Both the position numbers and the translations under genes were made by a program. DNA of 64,000 bases from assembly GCA_905331295.1 (NCBI GenBank), contig CAJNYD010000025.1:62001-126000 (forward strand). Reading direction: 5' to 3'. Under the pieces are notes generated by a model. It worked only from the letters and a program-made list of their open reading frames with translations, was not told the origin of the DNA and did not search any database. Origin of the DNA: Rotaria socialis. Its lineage: Eukaryota. Of this stretch, positions 27,588 to 39,799 are shown one piece after another (positions within the stretch are counted from its first letter, which is position 1; every line of letters starts with the position of its first letter).

Positions 27588-29821
27588 TAGTTCCTTGTTA
27601 TATTCTATGAACATTGATGCAATTCCTTTTGTTCCTAACTCTTATTTCTATTTTTCTTCTTCCCTCATTGATGTTAAAAGTGAAGTGATTCGAAAAGTCA
27701 TAGACTAGGGCTTTCCTGTCAAAGTAGTGCATATGTCAGCTCAGTAATGGGTGAATGGTTATCAGGAAATACAATTAATGGAATTCTTAGTTTATGGGAA
27801 ACACCAACCAACCATTCTAAATGCCAACAAAATTCATTGTGCATACTTAACTATAATGTACAAGGATGGGGACCCGAGCACTAGAAGCAGTGGAACTTAT
27901 TTTTAACTCTGACAGCTCTATAGGAATATTCACGGAAGTAGGAGAGTTATGGAAAAATTTTACCATCCCCATTTTAAGAGTTTCTATCAGAACGGTACCA
28001 ATAGCAAAGGAGGAGTAGTTGTAGCAGTTGGAAAACATCTCAAAGCAACACGTATTGATACAAATATAGAAAACACGGTGATTGTAGATGTAGAAGGACT
28101 AACGGGACAAATTAGAATTATTGGAATTTATTGGCCCCAATGTTAGTCCAGAAATTTAGAAGATCTTACGTCATACATATCTGAAAAAACTATCCTAACT
28201 GGAGACTTTAATGCCTCAGAACAAGAAGGGCAAAGCCCGGTGACAGATGCTCGAGGTAATCAATTAAAAAAATGGATAGAAAAGAACAATTTGTTATTCA
28301 TACCTGAAACGAAGAATTCATCTAAAAGATCAGATAGATATATTGACCACATCTTTACAAACATAGAGGACGCTGAAGCGGAAACACTTAACATAGGAAC
28401 GAGCGATCATTGGCCAATAGTTATGAAAAGTGATCGAATCGGATTCCAAACGGATGGAAATTTCCCCGTAGTCAATTGGACAGGGTTTTAAACTGTTTTA
28501 ACATTACTGAAAGACTTTTGGACAAAAGAATCAGAAATACAAGATGCAGAAAATTGGTACTTGAACTACACACGTTTCCTTAGCGCTCTAAAAAATTGAG
28601 TAACCAAGTGGAGTACCAGGAATAGATACCGCCCTTCATTACCACATTATATTGTAGGTATGTTAAAGCAAGTTAGTCGAGTTAGAAATAAGTACTATCG
28701 AGAAAGAAAAACAAAATTTGGCGTTGAAGTAGAAAGAACTAGATTATTATTAAGAACACTAACCAAACAAGTGAAAAATTATAAATCGGAACGATGGAAC
28801 GCCTTTTTATCCCCTGTTCAGGAATCTCACGATAGAAATGGCAAACATTTTTGGTCGCATCTATCGAAGATTTACAAACCTAAAATATTACCAATCTCGA
28901 AATTAAAAGCAGGTTCTATTACGATTGCTGACCAACAAGAAATAACAAATATGCTTTACAGTTATTATAAGGAACAAGCGAATAGCTCTACTATAGATGA
29001 AAGTGAACAACATGATCAGAAAATTGTACATGACTATAACAAAATCATGAATACCTTATCCCAACTATTAGATATCAAGGTCGAAAAGTAACATCATTAG
29101 AAGTAACAAAAATTATTAAAAAATTGAAAAATAAAAAATCATCGGGGTATGATCAGATATCTAAATATATAATTAAACTACTCCCGCCAGCATATATAGA
29201 TTGCTTAGTTAAATGTTTCAATGTCTGGCTAAGCGAAGGTCGGTACCCGGATTTCTGGATGCTAGCAAAGATAATTACATTGAACAAACTAAATGCCGGT
29301 GTACCTCGTCCCGATCAAACCCGCCCAATCTCGCTTTTGGCAACACACTCGAAGTTATTTGAAAAAGTACTTCGGGAAAGAGTAAGCAACTGGGCTGAAG
29401 GAGCTCAGTTAGTCCCGATTGAACAATCAGGTTTCAGACAGGGAGGACTGATAGCAACCAGAGTGCTCTCAATTTATCAAGAAATCCAAAATAACCTAGC
29501 AGTAAATATGCCAACGCTCGCCTTATATGTAGACTACCGTAAAGCGTATGATATGGTATGGCACGCTGGCCTATTGGTGAAACTGCACGATCTAGGCATG
29601 CTTATAGCACTACTGAAAATGACGGCCTCCTGGTTAGGGAACCGACCAACTTACATCGCGTTTGGAGACAAAGTATCCGAAAAGTACAAGATTGATATTG
29701 GACTACCACAAGGAAGCAGTCTAAGTCCTTTCCTTTTCATAGTCTATCACTGTGATCTAATACAATGTCTCGGTGCTCATTCAGGTCACATGTTTGCCGA
29801 CGAACTCAGTGTGCTCATAAC

Positions 29822-30529
29822 GGGAGACAAGAATTTCGGCCCACGGAATTTTCGGGCCGGACTTTCGGACCAATTCTATACAAATTCATTAAACTCTGTG
29901 AAAAAAACGAATTCCTTTGAAAATTGGTTTCTAGATTTTTTTAGTATTGAGCGAAGTGACGTAGTGCTGAGCGAAGCGACGTAGTGCCGAGCGAAGCGTC
30001 GTAGTGCCGAGCGAAGCGCCGTAGTGCCGAGCAAAGCGACATAGTGCCGAGCGAAGCGGCTTTTTCATTCCATAGAAAAAAAACTAGTTGAAATAAAAAA
30101 AGCGAACTTATATCTAATATACATCTCAACAAATTTCAAAAATTATACCAGCAATAGCGAATTCTACCTCTAAAATAAAACTAAAAAATGTGCATCTTTA
30201 AGTTACTATTGAGATTACACTAAATTCGTTCGTGCTTGTTGTGGATAAGCGATATGTATCTTAAAACTCCATACTATGTTCTATAATACTAGAAGTGCTG
30301 TTTTAAACACTATATTACATCGGCCAGCACTACGACGCTTCGCTCGGTACTAAAAAATCTAGAAACCAATTTTCAAAAAAATTCGTTTTTTCTCAGAGTT
30401 TAATGAATTTGTATAGAATTGGTCCGAAAGTCCGGAGAATTTTTGGGCCGGGCCGAATTTACTTTCGGACTTTCGGCCCGGTCCGAAAGTCCGGCCCGAA
30501 AATTCCGTGGGCCTAAATTCATGTAACCC
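29822..30529. mobile_element. TIR element (MITE-like) nested in the LINE RT domain
   Basis: Arms of about 150 bp: gggagacaagaatttcggcccacggaattttcgggccggactttcggaccaattctatacaaattc... versus ...gaatttgtatagaattggtccgaaagtccgg...aaattcatgtaaccc. No coding capacity is evident. Confidence 0.9.
29941..30060 (+). repeat. 20-bp tandem repeat x6 (gtagtgccgagcgaagcgac consensus)
   Basis: Six consecutive 20-mers seen directly; one inverted copy at ~30325-30351. Confidence 0.95.
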
Positions 30530-31643
30530 CATGTTTTGAGAAAATATTTTTTTTGCCTATGTCTTTCCACACTTTACGTGGATTTTCCCCTTCTATCCGT
30601 TTCTTCTGAGATCATAGAAAGAATTACTCAATAGGAAATTCAGAGTTGCAATTAGAATAGTTCATAGATGTCCTTTTATTTCTGCAGAAGACCTGTTCAC
30701 ACTAACGAAAGAAAACCACATGGAAGTGTATGTTAAAAGATATCTAAATAAAAGATTACAAAAAATCTACAAGACAGATCTAAGACGCTCAGGCTTTCTG
30801 GAGGATATATTTTATTGGGATGGTTTTAAAAAGTGAAAAAGGCTCGTTAGGACATTTCTTCAGACAAAAAAGAGTAAAAAACCTAATTAAGAGACACAAG
30901 ACGTTACTGATTAAATGGTTGAACTTTATATAAGAATAAATGTTATACCACACCCTACACGGCACCATATAAAATTTAACATTATGGGGAAAGGAAAACG
31001 GAATGGTAGAAATTGGACCAGCTATGGCAATTAGAATCACTTACACTTGTTCCTCTCTTCTCCCTGTCTATTCTATGTAAGCACTCCAGAGTGTAACATA
31101 AATAAACAAAGCATATTCTAAAACAAAATGCATCAGTTCAATTGATCGGTGTTTTTAAGATCATCTAGTAGTTCTATATTCTTCAAAAGTTATCAAATTT
31201 TTGAAATAACTATCAGTATAATTTGATAGCACCATATTCCGATTTATTTGTTTCTCCAAAAAAATTAATAAAAGAAATTTTTCTAAATTAATTAGCCATT
31301 TAAATAATTAGCAACTAAATGGTCGTATTTTCTTTTCGAATTCATCTTTGTTGAGAAGCTACCGTCGATATAGGATCGGTTACAAATCATACTTTGATAT
31401 GATCAAATATCTCTCTTTAAGATAAAAATCTATAAAAAAATGTTTTAAAGAGAATTTTTTTTTTCAGATAAGCCATTATCAAACTAAACAATGATAAGGA
31501 CAAAAATAAACAACCATGTATGTCAGAAGAAAATAGAGACGATCTTATCTTTACTTGTGTCGAAAGAGAAATGCCATAAGCACATTTTCATGTAAAAAGT
31601 ACTGAACTCACTAGAACGCATCAATAAAGATACTAAGTAAAAA

Positions 31644-33483
31644 ATGAGTGGAATTGAAGAAATCGAATTTAGTAGCAAACCATTTAATGAACCGAACGCA
31701 GCCACTGAGTCAACAGAAGACATTGATGAAATTGAACCAACAGCTGAAGAGTTGACAAGATTAAAACACGTTTCTGATCAAATACCGTTAGCAGCTTGGC
31801 TAATTATTGTATGCGAATTTTGTGAACGTTTCTCCTTCATAGGACTCACTGGTCCCTTTCAGAATTATATTGAATTTCCAATACCTATATCGAAAGGTAA
31901 ACAGTCGGGTGTCCTCGGCCGTGGACATCGCACTGCTACCTTATTAACAACGTTATTTCAGTTCTTCTGTTATTTGACGCCTATATTTGGAGCTATTCTA
32001 GCTGATCAGTTCTGGGGTAAATACAAGACAATATTCTTTGGATGTGTGGCTTATATGATAGGTCTGCTGGTTTTGGTCTTGAGCAGTATACCGCCCTCGA
32101 TTAACGCAGGCCTTGCTTTTCCTGGTTTGATCGTGGCGATGTTAATTATAAGTTTTGGCACTGGTGGTGTGAAAAGTAATGTTAGTCCATTGATGGCCGA
32201 ACAATATACCAGAACAAAGCCAATAGTCAAAGGTAGCAATTAGATTCTTTTTAATAGTGAAATTTATCTCGTTGTTGTTGTTGTTGCAGAAATCAGAGGT
32301 GAAAAGAAAATTGTTGATCCGACAGTGTAAGTTTATCGTCTAGCCAATTTATCTATTTCTTCGATTGAATTATTCTTGTTCTAGAACAGTGCAGTCAATG
32401 TTCAATTGGTTCTACTGGTCTATCAATTTAGGTGGACTGTCAGCAATCATTACGACCAATATCGAAAAGTATCATTCGTTTTGGCTTGCCTATTTCCTGC
32501 CAATGATAATATTTACCGGCTCCATTGCGGTTCTAACATTTGCTCGCCATCGATACATTCGAAAAGCTCCGACGGGTTCATTGATTATTCGTGCATCTCG
32601 CGTGATAACAAGAGCCATTCAAATGCGTAGGAAGCTAAGTAAAGAAGTAAAATATCAACATTTTTTAGATTACGCTAAAGAAAATCCACTATCCTCTACA
32701 CATGACGATACCGAATCGGTGATAGAATCAAATAACCGTCAATTCATCGAAGATTTGAAACAAGCATTGAGGGCTTGTCGTGTCTTCGCTTTCTATCCGT
32801 TCTATTGGATCTGTTACAATCAATTAGGAGGTAATATGGTATCGCAAGCCGCACAAATGAATGTTGGTGAGTTCGAAGATTGCATTGGAATTATGTGAAA
32901 TGAGTAGTTGTGGTTCAATGAGTAATTCATATATGTTTCTCTAGGTCCTTTACCCAATGATCTCTTGCAAAATATTGATCCAATCGCTCTGCTCATTTTT
33001 ATTCCAATATTTGACAAACTCGTCTATCCTACTTTACGACGATTAAACATTAAGTTTGGCTCGATATCTCGTATTACGTGTGGATTCTTTTGTATTTCCA
33101 TCGCTATGGCATGGACTACACTTGTTCAACATTTAATTTATGTGTCGGCTCCAAACTTCAACTATACAACCAAACCGTGTCCGACATGTCAAACATTTAA
33201 CAATATCACTGTTGCTTGGCAAATTCCATCGTATGTTTTCATTGCCATCTCAGAGATCTTTGCGTCTATTGCTGGTATCGAGTACGCTTTCACACATGCA
33301 CCATCATCGATGAAATCTGTTGTTATGTCATTTTTTCTATTCACATCTGCGATTGGTAGTGCCTTGAGTTTTGCACTTCTACCAATAACTGTTGATCCAG
33401 ATTTGATGTGGATGTATGCATCATTATCAATAGTGTCGTTTTTTGTTGGTATTATTTTTTTTCTTCTCTTTCGAACAGAATAG
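31644..33483 (+). CDS. POT/PTR2-family proton-coupled oligopeptide transporter
   Basis: Exons 31644-32232, 32290-32326, 32385-32866 and 32945-33483 join in frame. Motifs: EFCERFSF (ExxER), GAILADQFWGKYKTI, GTGGVKSNVSPLMAEQ, FNWFYWSINLGGL, EYAFTHAPSSMKS. Confidence 0.93.
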
Positions 33484-33981
33484 AAGTAACACGAAGATAA
33501 ATACGCCGACAAATAAATTACGTCGGTCCTTAATTTTCTTCATAGCTCGTTTTATCATATAGATGAATATCAACAAATGCATTCGGTGTAAATAAGAAAA
33601 CTGCTTCACTTCCTTCTTATATATACGCTACGAGATCATTGAGCATCCAATCATATCCAAATAGTAAGATCTTAATGTAGACATTCATAAACTCATAAAC
33701 TAATGTCACTAGTGAGAAGTAGTCGTGAAATAATTAAACGAGAAAATATATTTGCCAAAAATAATTACTGAAATGTTTCAAGGATTTTAAAAAGCAAGTA
33801 ATTACGACTACTAGAAAACGGTTTATGATCCTGGAATTTATCGGCACGGATTTATCATTCTACGTTTGAAGGTTATCAACTATTGTATAAAAGTAGATTA
33901 TTTTAAGACTACAACGAAAAATTAGACTATTTCACGCATAAGCAAGTATTTTTCAGGATTTGTTTTTATGATTCACTCATG

Positions 33982-34384
33982 AGATGCCTAGTTCGAATTC
34001 GAATATAAATGGACATCCAACTGCATGGTATCAATTCGAAAATAAGTGATAGAAATAGATTTAGTTTTAGTTTTATATTTAATTCAAGATGGAGTGGGTG
34101 TGGGTTGAGGGGGCTAAGTGGTAACTGTGTGTGGCGGTGCGAGTGATGGGGTGGGTAGGAGGGGTACCCGAAAAGGGTGGGGATATCCGGGATACTTCAA
34201 ATGTGGCTGTGGGTGATGAATACTGTGGAAGAGTGCTCAAATGTGGGTATGGTTGAAGGGTATATATGTATTCATATGTCGCATATATCGGAAAGTTAAA
34301 CTAAAACAAAATATACTCCTAGATTTAGTTTTAGTTTAACTTTTTCTTTTCTCCATTTATATTCGAACTCGAATTAGACAGCTA
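33982..34384. mobile_element. MITE-like element with ~30-bp TIRs and a G-rich core
   Basis: agatgcctagttcgaattcgaatataaatgga versus tccatttatattcgaactcgaattagacagct. The internal direct repeat tagatttagttttagttt occurs at ~34057 and ~34320. Confidence 0.65.
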
Positions 34385-37070
34385 CTCTAAGTTATATATA
34401 TATATATCTGTATTGAATTTCACACTAGATAATCTAATCACTGAAGGTTAAGAAATATTCATATTTTGATACAAATACTCTGGCGGCAGCATCTCTAATT
34501 TCCTCAAAAAGCATATTCTTCGCAAGAAACAAACAACTCGTATATCTAATCATTAGGATTATATGTTCAAAAACATTGATAATATTTATTTTTGTTTGAG
34601 AACATTTTAATTATTCCGCTCAAAAATCAAACAATCATATGCACACACTTCCTTTTAATGACATTCTTTGATTTTTTAATCAGTTTTCTTTCGTATTCAC
34701 AATGGTTACTTCTACTGTAAACAATGATCCAATTTTTTTCTATTATCTGGCAACCGATCATTTTCCCCTACCAATTACTAACGAATTAGAACTTATCGAT
34801 GATTGTTACACCTATCGAATAGAATTATATATCCGATGATAATTTGTTTAAGAAACAATGCTTGTTCACGCTTATATGACAAAACCAATTGATACATCAT
34901 ATACTTTATTCTGAGAATAACACTTCTGTTCGTACTATTGCAACTGTGAAAAGATAAACAACTGATCTCAATATTGCTTTTCTGAATAAAATATCAAAAC
35001 ATTCGCGTTCGACAAATAAAATAAGTAAATACAATATCGAAGCGCGAATTCAAATGTAACGAAAATTATTCGCGTGTGAATTAGTTGCATAATCGTTGCA
35101 TCAATTAGCTTTCCATGTATATTCAATTTGATGCAGACGATCAACATTTAGAATCGTATTGGCATGCATATCTAATGAGTTACTCACAAACAAAATAATT
35201 CATTAAATTGATAAAATACAAAAAAAAGACACTTGTTTAATTTTTTTTAAAGAAAACTATCTTCAAAGAAATATGAAATAATAACAACAAGCTGGTTTAG
35301 AAAGATCATTCATTTTCACAAGATGTTTTCATGTTGTGATAAAACAAATGCGATAGTCATGTGTTTCGGCGACACTTTAACATTCTCTTTCTCTTCTTCT
35401 GTATTGATCATTAGAAGAACATAGACAAAAACAAGCATGATGCTGACAACTGATATGATAGATTTAGTTTTAAATCGAGATAACGCACAGTTCGATTTAA
35501 TATTGATGTAATTCGAGAAAATGCAAATCGAGATCAAAAGATTTTTCACTTGATGATTATTATTCATTTTACTTTTTTTTCTTCTTAAGTACATTTTAAC
35601 AAGATCTTACTTTTTTCCAACGACGATCAGCTGATTAAATGAAACGAAAAATAAATAAGAATTACTTTCTTTTGCGTTCGAACGAGAGAGAGAGAGAGAG
35701 AGAGAGAGAAATAGATTTTTTTTCTTCACGTCATTTCATTTTCAACAGCAGTATATACAAACATAGAACGACTATCAGACATTTAGTCAGTCAGAAGTGT
35801 CTGTTTGAATAAGAAATCTTCTTTTGTTAAAGCTATCTGTTGAATTTCTTTTTCTTCTTGCTCTCTCTTCTTCTCCCCTATTGAAATAAATTATAATAAA
35901 TAATCGAGCATCTCAAATGATTATCACTGACAGTCTCTCAATTCACCTTCACTAATCTATTAGCAGCAACGACAACGACAATACCACACAAATGCAAGCA
36001 TCAATAATCGCTTTCAGTGACAGGTAATTAAACAATAACTTTATTGTAAACACAGTTAAACATATAATAGAATTAGTTATGTAACCTATTCTAAAACTAA
36101 CAGTTCTATTAATATGAATAATTATATGTTCTGAAAATAATCTCATTTTAAATATCTTCTCTGACAGTGAGACTGTTTAAGTCATCAATTCTTTCTTGAT
36201 ATATCCGTGGAGTTATTTCAACATTTAGAAATATTTATCTCTTTATCAGTGAAACAATATATACAGAAATATTCTAACTGGATGTTAATTAATAGTTGTT
36301 AGGTCATACAATGGTCAACTTATGTCTATAGAAACTAATTTCATGTAATGACACGAACGTGTTTATTAGTGAGATACTATGTTACTATGAGAATCATAAA
36401 TAGAAATGTTATAAAAGTGATCTTTAAAGTTAACTTAAAAAGATAATAATACAAACGAATGCTATCTCAATTATCGAATGTTCATCTTGTTCTGAATTGT
36501 AGGAATTCGATATGAAGATGAATATTCATGTTCAAATAAAAACTCTTGCCAGTTGTTTTATCGACATTGTCAAAACAATATTTATTTCATCACCTGTTTT
36601 CTTTTTTTCTCACACATCCATCTTCTCGAACAGATTGTTCAACATTTTGACATGATATAATTATAATTGTTTTTTGAATAAAATGCATTTATTCATAGTC
36701 TATAATATAAACTAACATTTTGTTCTTTTATTTCATTCTATACGAACGATCTTTTGTTATTCCTCTTTGATAGCGTTAGATGTGATTAAATCTGCATTAA
36801 AGTGCAAATGAAAACAACGTTGAAATTCGCATCCTAACGTTCATCTCGTTCGTTTTCTTTTTTGTTATTTCTTTTCCAACGAACTCTTTCCCGGGAGGAA
36901 AAAAGTGTTGAAAGGATGTTATCCGTCATTGCATCGATCTCGTCTCCCACCCATTTTCTCCCTTCCTCTGCTCTTGCTGTGTCCTGTTCGTTGGTTTCTA
37001 TATGTTTATTGAACACGTTCAAAAAATTCGTTAAGCTCGGCAAACGTTAGGAATGTGTAAGCAAAAGTAA

Positions 37071-37071
37071 A

Positions 37072-37117
<46 letters not shown>

Positions 37118-37211
37118 NGAGAGACTGTCAGTGATAATCATTTGAGATGCTCGATTATTTATTATAATTTATTTCAATAGGGGAGAAGAAGAGAGAGAGA
37201 GAGAGAGAGAG
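37071..37211. repeat. (AG)n microsatellite spanning an N
   Basis: AG runs at 37071-37124 and ~37189-37211; another at ~35683-35708. Confidence 0.9.
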
Positions 37212-37424
37212 AAGGGAAGCAAATATTTTTTCATCGATCCGAACGAGAAAAAAATATTCGCTTGTTCAATGGTCGTCGCAGTTTCATCCTGATGAAATGC
37301 ACATAACATCACTCGTTTTCTTGTCTATGTTGTGGTGACTATTATCTTCAGAGTTATCAGTTATCTATATATATATATATATATATAAATGAATACTTTA
37401 TTTGATATTCAACATTATGTCAAT

Positions 37425-39799
37425 ATGAATCAGACAACATCTCCTATGACTTGTCTATTTATGTCAAGGTAAGATATGCATATGTTCGTAGTGATGAAGA
37501 AAAGAAATAACATCGAGTTTTGCTTTATAAAAGTTTTATTGAATCTAATTATTATTGCTTGTGTAGGCGAACACCGCGGCGAAAACTTGTTTTTTCTTCA
37601 AGTGATGATGAAACAGATGATAGTCCACAATCTGTATCTTCAGGTAGAAATCATTTTTATTTATTTTAAAATAAACAGATAAGCATTTTTTTTTCGCTTT
37701 AGTACAAATCTTCCGACAAGAACATCATTCAATTATTCATGATGAACAGTGAGTGTTCTTTTCGTCATTTGTTTTTCATTGCATACCATGGTTAGCTTCA
37801 CATGAGCGGCGATAGATTTCGTTCTACTTGATTTATGACTGACAATTCAATGGCACTCAAGTGTAGAGTGTGCGTTCGACCGTTGACATGCTTTTTTTTT
37901 CAAAAATTTTTTCTTCTATTCTCCCATTTAAGTGCAACGATCTTACCCTCATTTCTATCCTCTTTCTCTCTCATACAATTAAAGACAAGTGTCAACTTTC
38001 ATGGTACAATTGACGTCACGTATACCTTTTTCCCTTAAGGTAAATGACCGAGTACATATTTCTACCATTAGCAGATAAAGAAACAAAAACGATAATCTTA
38101 TTGTAATAAAGCTAAGCCAATTTATATTTAAAAATAAAAGGAATTTTCCCCTTTTTTTTCTTCTTCGTAAAATAGGTTGTCGACTAAGACAGAATTGCCA
38201 ACAAGTATCGTGATGCGTTCAAAACTAGAACATTATGGTTTTAGTATGCTTGCTCGGCCTGCATCACTACATTTGAATAAACGTCAACCATTAGCTATAC
38301 AAAATCAAAATAAAAAAGTTCGTTCGAATGAATCATGTCATTCAATGCAAACACGCTCGCAATCATCATCGGTTTGTTTGTATAAATGTTCTAGAGTCGC
38401 TAAAGAATGCTTTCTTTTACTGTATAGGATTCGCATTCGGATCATCTCGTAAATTTATTTGATAAAACTCTTTCGACAGTGACACCAAACCCTGTTCGTA
38501 ATCGACAACGACGATGCAAACCGTTACCCCTTTGTTTATCTGATAATGAAAAAAATATGCCAGTTTTAACGGTCATTACAACAGATGACAAAGAAAATGT
38601 AAATGTAAGAATATGTCTTTTAGTAAAAAGAATTATCTTTATAATTATTTTCATTCTTAGAAACGAAGTTATGATGAAGATGAAAACAGTGAAAATTGTC
38701 GTTCAATAAAACGCACAAAAATCGATGATGATAATGATAAAGAAAATAATTTATTTATCAAACGTTCTCGGCGTGGTGTTGGCGTATGTATTAATGATTT
38801 CTTACCAATAATAAAAAATGACTATAAATGAATATTTCTTTTTTGTTTTTGTTTTGTTTTAGTTAATTCGCAGTTTCACTGAACCTAATGAAGAACAAAT
38901 AAAAGCATCCGTTGAACTTGGTTCGAATCGAGATTTAATTGGTGATCGTTCGCGTTCGCATCTTTTACCAAGATGCGCAAGTCGTAAGCATCCAGATCTT
39001 GCTTGTATTAGTCCAGAAACGGTGAGACAACAAATTGAATATTTTGATCTATAATTATGATTTATCTTCTATGTGCTCTAGTTAATTGATGTATTACAAA
39101 ATGTGTATGCATCAAAAATTGAAAGTCTTCATGTTATTGATTGTCGTTATCCATATGAATATGAAGGTGGTCATGTTCAATCGGCTAAAAATCTTTATAC
39201 ACGTTCACAAATTCATAATGAATATTTTCATAAACCATTGAAATTAAACGATTCGTCGAAAAGAAATATTTTTATTTTTCATTGTGAATTTTCATCCGAA
39301 AGAGCACCATCATTGTAAGTTAAATATTCGGATTTAAATAGATTACTAAAATGATTGTTATTCATAGGCTAAGATTTTTTCGATCCGAGGATCGTAATAT
39401 ACATGAGCAAAGTTACCCACAATTACATTATCCAGAAATCTATCTACTTGAAGGTGGTTATAAAGCACTTTATGAATATTCGAATGTAAGGATTGATCTT
39501 TTGTTTTTGAAATAAAAAGAAAACGAATTCATTTGATTTTAACATATTAGCAATTCTGTGTACCAAATCAATATCGAACAATGACTGATATTAATTATCA
39601 AGAAGAATATCGCCAATATCGATTTGAAACAAAACAATGCGATAAATTTACAGGTGCAAATGAAAGAACCGGTGGTGGACGTCGAACACGAACATTAACA
39701 TTTCGTACTTGTCTATCATTTTCTTCACAACCAAATCCACCGCGTTTATCGAATACTCGATATGATCTACGATTTATTGAATCTCCACCGCAATGTTAA
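37425..39799 (+). CDS. cdc25: M-phase inducer phosphatase (Cdc25/string), multi-exon
   Basis: DLIGDRS, HPDLACISPET, VIDCRYPYEYEGGHV, active site FHCEFSSERAP, YPQLHYPEIYLLEGGYK. The N-terminal exons are approximate. Confidence 0.93.

Larger units (their letters stand above)
27580..30933 (+). pseudogene. LINE ORF2 (APE endonuclease + reverse transcriptase), multiple stops and frameshifts, nested insertion and deletion
   Basis: APE motifs ILNYNVQG, IFTEVG, LTGDFNA, YIDHIF, SDHWPI. RT motifs KKSSGYD, RPISLL, QSGFR, VDYRKAYDMV, GLPQGSSLSPFLF, FADE. The C-terminal part resumes after 30530 (AYVFPHFTWIFPFY...LLIKWLNFI*). Confidence 0.9.
25647..31126 (+). mobile_element. Apparently full-length but inactivated non-LTR retrotransposon (LINE; Jockey/I-group-like)
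   Basis: Gag-like ORF1 with Cys-His knuckles, ORF2 with APE endonuclease and RT, AATAAA and a short A-rich 3' end. The direct repeat aatgcatcagt at 25636-25646 and 31127-31137 is a candidate TSD. Confidence 0.9.

Noticed and set aside
29822..29984. C-terminal part of the 286-aa RT ORF (GDKNFGPRNFRAGLS...)
   Set aside because: Read-through into the inserted TIR element, not RT sequence; the same peptide appears in the spurious ORF 2831-3124.
29941..30060. 20-bp repeats as CRISPR, or as the 63-aa ORF 29941-30132
   Set aside because: Contiguous tandem units without spacers inside a TIR element; the ORF is a by-product of the repeat.
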